Assembly: GCA_963713975.1 (NCBI GenBank)
Contig: OY970218.1
Span: forward strand, 640,001 to 704,000
Length of the DNA stretch: 64,000 nt
From: an uncultured Chloroflexia bacterium
GTDB lineage: Bacteria > Chloroflexota > Limnocylindria > Limnocylindrales > CSP1-4
Direction of reading: 5' to 3'
Shown here one piece after another: positions 58,122-64,000 of the stretch; within the stretch, counting starts at the first letter, position 1; the number at the start of each line of letters is the position of its first letter. The notes under the pieces were generated by a model. It had not been told where the DNA came from. It saw nothing but the letters and a program-made list of their open reading frames with translations, and did no database searches. Both the position numbers and the translations under genes were made by a program.

Positions 58122-59828
58122 ATGAGCGACCTCGAGGACACCCGCACCGGGCCGGCCGACAGGCCGGCGGTGGAGGCTGGGTCGGAGGTCGCGGCGGACG
58201 AGGTCGCAGAGAGCGTCGCAGGGACGGCAGAGGCCGTGGCGGACGAGGAGCCTCCGGCCCCACGCCACCGCCATCCGTTCTACCTGCGTGGCCGCCACAT
58301 CCGCCTGCCGCGCTCGCGCACCGGGGTGCTCGCGCTGATCCTGGTGCTCGTGGCTGGCGGCAGCGTGGCGGCCTTCACGGGCGTGTCGATGATCACGTGG
58401 ACGGAGACCGCCGACTTCTGCGGCCGGTGTCACACCATGGCCCCGGAGCTCGAGGCCTACCATGCCGGCTCCCACCGCGACGTCTCCTGCGGCGAGTGCC
58501 ACGTGGAGCCGGGCATCGCGGGCTGGGTCAAGGCCAAGCTGGCCGGGACGCGGCAGCTGGTGGGCGTGGTCACCGGGAACTACCCGACGCCGATCCATCC
58601 CCCTGACCACGCCGAGCTCCCGAAGGCCGCCGACACCTGCCAGAAATGCCACTCGCTCAACGACCGGTCGTTCGCGGCCGTGCGCACCCAGCAGCAGTTC
58701 GCGGAGGACGAGGCCAATACGCGGGAGGCGGTCGGCCTCATGATCCGGCCGGGAGGCGGCGACCCCTTCGCCGTGGACCGGAGCGTGCACTGGCACGTCC
58801 TCTCTGACTTCGACTACCTCTCGCCGGACACGAACTCGGCGGTCATCGACTACGTGACGGCCACCCGCGAGGACGGCACGGTCGTGGAGTACATCGCCAG
58901 CGACAAGATCACGATCTCCGACAACGTCCAGCCGGACATCGACGCGATCAAGGCCACGGAGCGGGACGTCAAGCTCACCTGCTACGACTGCCACAACCGC
59001 GTGGGCCACGACATCGCCAACCCGCGGACGCAACTGGACTACAACCTGTCCACCGGCGTCATCGATCCCTCGCTGCCGTACATCAAGCGCGAGGGCATGC
59101 GGATCCTCTGGGACAGCTTCCCGGACGAGGCCGCCGCGGACGCCGCCGCGGACGAGCTGGATGGCTTCTACAAGCTCAACTTCCCCGAGGTGCATGCGAC
59201 GAAGGGCGCCCAGATCGCCGGCGCGATCGACGAGATCAAGCTGCTCTACCGCCACTCGGCCACGCCCGAGATGAACGTGACGGCGGGGACCTATCCCAAC
59301 CATATCGGGCACCTGGATTCGCCGGGCTGCTTCCGCTGCCACGACGGCGGTCACTACAAGGTCGAGGATGGCGTTGCCACGACGGAGGTCATCCCGTCCA
59401 CCTGCAACACCTGCCACACGTTCCCGCAGATCGGACCGGCGGTCGCCACCGTGCCGCTGGGCGAGCCGCCGAGCACGCACACGAATGACTCGCTGTGGGT
59501 GTTCAACCACAAGGACGTCGCCACGAGCCGGGATCCCGGCGAGCAGTCCTGCGGCGAGTGCCACGCACGCGACTACTGCGTGAACTGCCACGCCACGGGC
59601 GCAGTGAACGTGGAGCACGATGCGATGGCGACGAACCATGCACAGGTCGTTCGCGATGCGGGCATCCAGTCCTGCGCGTACTGCCACCAGCCGGTGTCCT
59701 GCGCCCGGTGCCATGCCGAACCCGTCCTCCCCGTGACCACGCCCAACTCCCACGGGACGGCCACCGAGGGGTATACGGTCCCGGGCCGGTCTCTGGGCCT
59801 TTCCTGGCCCCTGTCGCCGGGCGGCTGA
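58122..59828 (+). CDS. Membrane-anchored NapC/NirT-type (ImcH-like) decaheme cytochrome c
   Basis: TM followed by FCGRCH.M......SH..VSCGECH; ten CxxCH in total. Confidence 0.9.
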   Translation: MSDLEDTRTGPADRPAVEAGSEVAADEVAESVAGTAEAVADEEPPAPRHRHPFYLRGRHIRLPRSRTGVLALILVLVAGGSVAAFTGVSMITWTETADFCGRCHTMAPELEAYHAGSHRDVSCGECHVEPGIAGWVKAKLAGTRQLVGVVTGNYPTPIHPPDHAELPKAADTCQKCHSLNDRSFAAVRTQQQFAEDEANTREAVGLMIRPGGGDPFAVDRSVHWHVLSDFDYLSPDTNSAVIDYVTATREDGTVVEYIASDKITISDNVQPDIDAIKATERDVKLTCYDCHNRVGHDIANPRTQLDYNLSTGVIDPSLPYIKREGMRILWDSFPDEAAADAAADELDGFYKLNFPEVHATKGAQIAGAIDEIKLLYRHSATPEMNVTAGTYPNHIGHLDSPGCFRCHDGGHYKVEDGVATTEVIPSTCNTCHTFPQIGPAVATVPLGEPPSTHTNDSLWVFNHKDVATSRDPGEQSCGECHARDYCVNCHATGAVNVEHDAMATNHAQVVRDAGIQSCAYCHQPVSCARCHAEPVLPVTTPNSHGTATEGYTVPGRSLGLSWPLSPGG

Positions 59829-59861
59829 GCCGCTCCACCCCGGGCGGCTGAGCCGCTCCAC
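59817..59861. repeat. Exact 22-nt tandem duplication (23-nt period) spanning the stop codon
   Basis: CCGGGCGGCTGAGCCGCTCCAC at 59817-59838 and 59840-59861. Confidence 0.9.
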
Positions 59862-59892
59862 TCACGGCGCACCCTGGGCGGTGTCCGGGGCG

Positions 59893-60750
59893 CTACTGGA
59901 ACTCGGTGACCACCCGGTCGGTGCGGGAGTAGACGTTGAAGGAGTCTGCGCGCAGGAATCCGATCAGGGTCACGCCCAGCCGCTCGGCGGCATCCACGGC
60001 CAGATCGCTCGGAGCGGACACGGCAGCGAGGATCGGGATGCCCGCCACCGCGGCCTTCTGCACCAGCTCGAAGCTGGCGCGGCCGGAGACCAGCAGGACC
60101 CGGTCGTGCAGCGGCAGCTCCCCGGCAAGCAGGCGGCTCCCGATCAGCTTGTCGAGGGCGTTGTGGCGTCCGACGTCCTCGCGCAGCGCCAGCAGGGACC
60201 CGGCGGCGTCGAACAGCCCGGCTGCGTGCAGGCCGCCCGTCGCACCGAATACCGCCTGGCCCTCGCGGAGGCGGGCCGGCAGGGCGAGCAGCGTCTCCGG
60301 CGTCACGGCCGGCCCGTCGGGGATGGGTGCGCAGCGGACCTGCACCCGGTCGAGGGACGCCTTGCCGCAGATGCCGCACGACGCCGTGGCCACGAAGTTC
60401 CGAGTCGCGATGTCGGCCGTGTCCAAGGCCCGGGTCAGCCGGACCATGACGTCGTCGTCGGGGTGGGCGTTGGTGCCCGGATCCGCGACGTCGATGGCGG
60501 CGATGTCCTCGCGGCCGTAGATCAGGCCCTCCGTGAGCAGGAACCCGGCCGCGAGGTCGGCCTCGTGACCCGGAGTGCGCATCGTGACGGCGATGTCCAG
60601 CGGCTCCTGTCCGGGCCCGCACGCGCGGATCGCCATCGGCTCCTCGCCGGCCAGGCGGTCATCTCGCGTCTGCAAGCTGCCGCCACGCCAGCTCAGGATG
60701 CTGGCGCGCGTCGCCTGGCGCTCGATGGACGGCTCACCCGGCGCAGGCAT
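59893..60750 (-). CDS. fdhD: Formate dehydrogenase accessory sulfurtransferase
   Basis: EEP, TMRTPGH..DLAAGFL.TEG, SCGICG, TGGLHAA, REDVGRHNALDK, SGRASFELVQKA. Confidence 0.96.
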   Translation of the reverse strand: MPAPGEPSIERQATRASILSWRGGSLQTRDDRLAGEEPMAIRACGPGQEPLDIAVTMRTPGHEADLAAGFLLTEGLIYGREDIAAIDVADPGTNAHPDDDVMVRLTRALDTADIATRNFVATASCGICGKASLDRVQVRCAPIPDGPAVTPETLLALPARLREGQAVFGATGGLHAAGLFDAAGSLLALREDVGRHNALDKLIGSRLLAGELPLHDRVLLVSGRASFELVQKAAVAGIPILAAVSAPSDLAVDAAERLGVTLIGFLRADSFNVYSRTDRVVTEFQ

Positions 60751-62017
60751 CGGTCCCCTGGCGCTCCAGGTACACGGCCGTGCCCGTGGGGCGCAGGCAG
60801 TGGGTCATCGCCATGGCCTGGAGGTAGCCGCCGGCGTTGAGCACCGCGACGACCTCGCCCTCGGCCACCTCGGGGAACGGGTAGTCCTCGGCGAACACGT
60901 CCCCGGCCTCGTTGATGTGGCCGGCGATGGTGACCAGCTGGGTCCGGTCTCGGAGCGGGTCCCGGACCGTGAGGATCTCCTGGGCATAGCGGTAGACGAA
61001 GTAGGCGCAGTTGACGTTCCAGCCGATGTCCAGGCCCACGAACGTGGTGCCGCCTCGGCGCTCCACGGTCACCACCTCGCCCAGCAACAGCCCCGCGTCC
61101 TTCAGCACGAAGTCGCCGGGCTCGAAGGCTGCCGTCACGCCGTACGGCGCGAGGTGACGTCCCACGACCTGCGCGTAGGCATCGACGTCGACGGGGACCT
61201 CGCCGTCGCGGGCGACCGTGCCCAGGCCGCCGCCCACGTTGACCTCGCGGATCCCGAAGCCGGCGTCGACCAGCCGGTCGAGGAAGTGCGTCGCGTTGCC
61301 GAGGGCCCGCTCGAACCCGTCGAGCTGGTCGCCCAGCCAGCCCGATCCCGCGTGGAAGTGGAGCGTGTCCACGACGAGTCCGTGGCGTCGGGTGGCCGCG
61401 ATGGCATCGTCGAGGCGGTCCATGGTCACGCCGAACTTCGTCGGCCGGTCGCCCGCGTAGGCGAGGTGCTCCGTATAGCCGGCACCCGCTCCGGGGTTGA
61501 TCCGCAGGCCGATCGTCCGGCCCGGCGCCCGGCGGCCCAGGCGCTCGACCTGGCTCACGCCGTCGAGGTTGATGCGGATGGGCTGTGCGAGGAGGACGTC
61601 GAGGTCGCGCTCGGAGACGTTGGTGCCGGTGTGGCTGATCTCGAACGGCTCCCAGCCATGCTCGAGTGCGTGGGCGACCTCTCCGGGCGAGCAGGCATCG
61701 ATGCCCACGCTGTCCGGCGTCCCGGGGGCGCCCATGCCTCGCAGCACGGCAAGGATCCGCGGATCCGGGTTGGCCTTGAGCGCGTAGCGGGTCACGTAGG
61801 AAACGCCGGCCCGCACAAGCGCCGCCTGGAAGGTACGCATGTTCTCCCTGGGTCGCGCCAGGTCGTACACGAACAGTGGGGTGCCGTGCTCCCGGACCAG
61901 CGCCTCGAGGTCCGCGCCGTTGAGCGTCAGGCGGCCATCGGCGACGTCGAACCCCGGCCGGCGCCACCAGGTGGGTGCGGGTTCGAGCGGGATGGCGGGC
62001 GCCGCGGTTTCGGTCAT
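60734..62017 (-). CDS. lysA: Diaminopimelate decarboxylase-family PLP enzyme
   Basis: HGTPLFVYD, YALKAN, DACSPGE, LRINPG, KFG, HFHAGS, NVGGG, EPG; catalytic region reads GHINEAGD rather than GPxCExGD. Confidence 0.75.
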   Translation of the reverse strand: MTETAAPAIPLEPAPTWWRRPGFDVADGRLTLNGADLEALVREHGTPLFVYDLARPRENMRTFQAALVRAGVSYVTRYALKANPDPRILAVLRGMGAPGTPDSVGIDACSPGEVAHALEHGWEPFEISHTGTNVSERDLDVLLAQPIRINLDGVSQVERLGRRAPGRTIGLRINPGAGAGYTEHLAYAGDRPTKFGVTMDRLDDAIAATRRHGLVVDTLHFHAGSGWLGDQLDGFERALGNATHFLDRLVDAGFGIREVNVGGGLGTVARDGEVPVDVDAYAQVVGRHLAPYGVTAAFEPGDFVLKDAGLLLGEVVTVERRGGTTFVGLDIGWNVNCAYFVYRYAQEILTVRDPLRDRTQLVTIAGHINEAGDVFAEDYPFPEVAEGEVVAVLNAGGYLQAMAMTHCLRPTGTAVYLERQGTDACAG

Positions 62018-62334
62018 GCGGGCTGCTTCGCGGCCCCGGTCCGCGCGGGCCGCTCGGCGCCCGTGGCCCGCGCCGCGATGATCGCCCGCCGGGTCACAGG
62101 GTCTGCGAAGGGGTCGGGTCCATCCGCCACGGGCGTGCCGACCGCCTGGAGGAGTCGCTCGGTGACGACGGCGATCTCGTCGACGGCGGCCTGGAACGCC
62201 GCGGCGTTTGCCGCCGACGGGTCCCGGTAGCCGCTGATCTTGCGCACGTACTGGAGGGCGGCGGCCTGCGCCTCGCCCGTGGTTGCCTCGCCCGCGCCAG
62301 GGCCGCGGCGGAGCTGGCGAATGCTGCGACACAT
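62014..62334 (-). CDS. DUF2277 family protein
   Basis: MCRSI..LR...AAALQYVRKISG...PS.AN..AF..AVDEI. Confidence 0.85.
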   Translation of the reverse strand: MCRSIRQLRRGPGAGEATTGEAQAAALQYVRKISGYRDPSAANAAAFQAAVDEIAVVTERLLQAVGTPVADGPDPFADPVTRRAIIAARATGAERPARTGAAKQPA

Positions 62335-62441
62335 GGCGCGCAGGGTACTGCCATGAGCCCCGGGCGGCCATCCTCCCGCTGGGCGAGAAGCGGGCGCAGC
62401 AGGAGCCCGGCAGCAGGATCCCGGCAGACGGTCGGGCACGC

Positions 62442-64000
62442 TCAATCCCCGGGCGGCGACCCCGGCGACGGTACGTGCGCGGGCTCCGGCACCGGGTCCC
62501 GGTCAGGCTCGTGGTGCGGCTTCGACTTCGGGAGCAGGAGGCTGAACACCACGCCCAGCAGCACGAACCCCGTGGCCACGATGCCGGTCAATCGGGTCGC
62601 GTCCACGAAGGCGGCCTCGACGCCGGACACCACCGGGGCATACGTGGGATCGACCCGGAAGGCCACCAGCGCCTGGCCCGCCGACCCCTCCATCGCCTGG
62701 GCGATCCCGTCCACGGCCGCCGGCGGCAGCCCGGGCACCGCGGCGAGGTTCTCGTGGACGCCGTTGTCCAGCGATACGAAGAGGACGGTTCCAAGGATCG
62801 CGATGCCCAACGCGGAGCCGATCTGGCGGACGGTGGAGTTCGCCCCGGACGCCAGCCCGGACCGCTGCGCCGGGATGTCCGACAGCACGATCGACGTCAA
62901 CTGGGCGGTCGCGAACCCGACGCCGACACCGTAGACGAACAGCGGCAGGGCAAGCTGCAGCCCGGTGACATCGACGGAGATCAGGAGGGTCGTGGCGATG
63001 ATGCCGATCGCCTCGAGCGACATGCCCAGCGTCACTGCATGTCGCGGGCCCCACCGATGGGCCACGCGCGCCGCCGTCGGTGCCGCGAAGAACGCCCCCA
63101 GGGCGAGCGACAGGAACACGAGTCCGGTCTCGAACGCCGAATAGCCCAGGACGGCCTGGAGGAACAGCGGCAGGGCGAACAGGAGCCCGAACTCGCCCAG
63201 GGCCACGATGCTGCCCGCGAGGTTGCCATAGCGGAACGCAGGGAAGCGCCACAGCTCGACATCGAACAGGAAGAACTTGCCCGCCCTGGATCGTCGGCCC
63301 TCCACGACGAAGAACAGGACCAGCGCCACGAGGCCGCCCGCGATCGCGACGGGGATGATGGAGACGTTCTCGAACGGCCATGTCCAGCCGAGCACCGTGA
63401 ATGGGGCGGTGGGCGCCCACCAGCCGTAGGTCCGGCCCTCGATCAAGCCGAACACGAATGCCCCCAGGCCCAAGGTGATCAGCAGGAAGCCGGCCGGATC
63501 GAGACCCGCCTTCGCGTGCTCGTCCCTGGACTCCCTGATGTACCGGAGCGTCCCGAAGAACGCGATCGCGGCGATCGGGATGTTGATGAAGAACGCCCAG
63601 CGCCACGTGAGGTACGTAGTGAGCCAGCCGCCGAGGAGCGGCCCGACGGCCGCCATGCCACCGATCGTGGCTCCCCAGATCCCGAACGCGATGGCCCGGT
63701 CCCGGCCCCTGAAGTTCGTGTTGAGGATCGACTGTGTCGAGGGCAGGATCATCGCCCCGCCCACACCCTGCAGCACGCGCGCCGCGATCAGCAGCTCGCC
63801 CGTGGGAGCCGCGCCCGCGAGGACTGAGGCCATCGCGAAGACCAGGAGGCCGGCGAGATACAGCGCCCGGCGTCCCAGGAGGTCGCCGACGCGACCGAGT
63901 GTCACGAGGAGCGCCGCGAACACCAGCGCGTAGACCGTGTTGATCCACTCGGCGGTGGAGGAGTCGATCTTGAGGTCGCGGATGATCGAGGGGACGGCAA
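62442..64000 (-). CDS. DHA2 (EmrB/QacA) MFS efflux permease (5' truncated by window)
   Basis: GRVGDLLGRR, ARVLQGVGGAMILP, GPLLGGWLT, WRWAFFINIP; frame open to the window edge. Confidence 0.9.
   Translation of the reverse strand, partial: AVPSIIRDLKIDSSTAEWINTVYALVFAALLVTLGRVGDLLGRRALYLAGLLVFAMASVLAGAAPTGELLIAARVLQGVGGAMILPSTQSILNTNFRGRDRAIAFGIWGATIGGMAAVGPLLGGWLTTYLTWRWAFFINIPIAAIAFFGTLRYIRESRDEHAKAGLDPAGFLLITLGLGAFVFGLIEGRTYGWWAPTAPFTVLGWTWPFENVSIIPVAIAGGLVALVLFFVVEGRRSRAGKFFLFDVELWRFPAFRYGNLAGSIVALGEFGLLFALPLFLQAVLGYSAFETGLVFLSLALGAFFAAPTAARVAHRWGPRHAVTLGMSLEAIGIIATTLLISVDVTGLQLALPLFVYGVGVGFATAQLTSIVLSDIPAQRSGLASGANSTVRQIGSALGIAILGTVLFVSLDNGVHENLAAVPGLPPAAVDGIAQAMEGSAGQALVAFRVDPTYAPVVSGVEAAFVDATRLTGIVATGFVLLGVVFSLLLPKSKPHHEPDRDPVPEPAHVPSPGSPPGD

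Noticed and set aside
59817-59861. Palindromic repeat as a CRISPR array
   Set aside because: Only two copies, a 1-nt spacer and no cas genes.
1-64000. Many long overlapping or antisense ORFs, and over-extended starts (e.g. 17326-20757, 12222-14627, 14566-16848, 42481-44778, 28946-31054)
   Set aside because: These are R/P/G/A-rich shadow frames typical of high-GC DNA; real genes were trimmed to motif- and RBS-supported starts.

Overview
High-GC (roughly 70% by eye) bacterial window with about 55 protein-coding genes. No rRNA, tRNA, CRISPR array, transposase or integrase was seen. The gene content suggests a monoderm organism, possibly Chloroflexota (inference only). 1-16 kb: mixed housekeeping and accessory genes (ABC permease, Rrf2, EamA, SbcCD/YhaON-like pair, S51 peptidase, MFS, an OmpR/HK pair, amidohydrolase, ECF sigma/anti-sigma). 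16.7-41.4 kb: a selenium/molybdenum C1 region with mobA-selB-selA, a PotABCD-type transporter, four non-pyrrolysine MttB-family methyltransferases, a DAO-type oxidase and selD. It also holds a selenocysteine formate dehydrogenase (in-frame UGA plus SECIS, missed by the ORF track) whose N-terminal [4Fe-4S] domain sits on a separate downstream gene; a GYD fragment, vapBC and a methyltransferase interrupt this operon. 42.7-59.8 kb is the highlight: a roughly 17 kb candidate extracellular electron transfer locus. It contains a NarX/NarL-type two-component system, a pseudo-receiver, a Tat Rieske protein, TPR and NHL proteins, an OmcS-like hexaheme cytochrome, a stalked 7+1-heme cytochrome, a J-like/TPR/cupredoxin fusion, a full System II (CcdA-ResB-CcsA-ResA) maturation set and an ImcH/NapC-like decaheme membrane cytochrome. 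A CGACGGATGGG box recurs upstream of four of its putative transcription units. The window ends with fdhD, lysA, DUF2277 and a partial DHA2 MFS gene. All family calls come from motif recognition by eye; no database searches were run.
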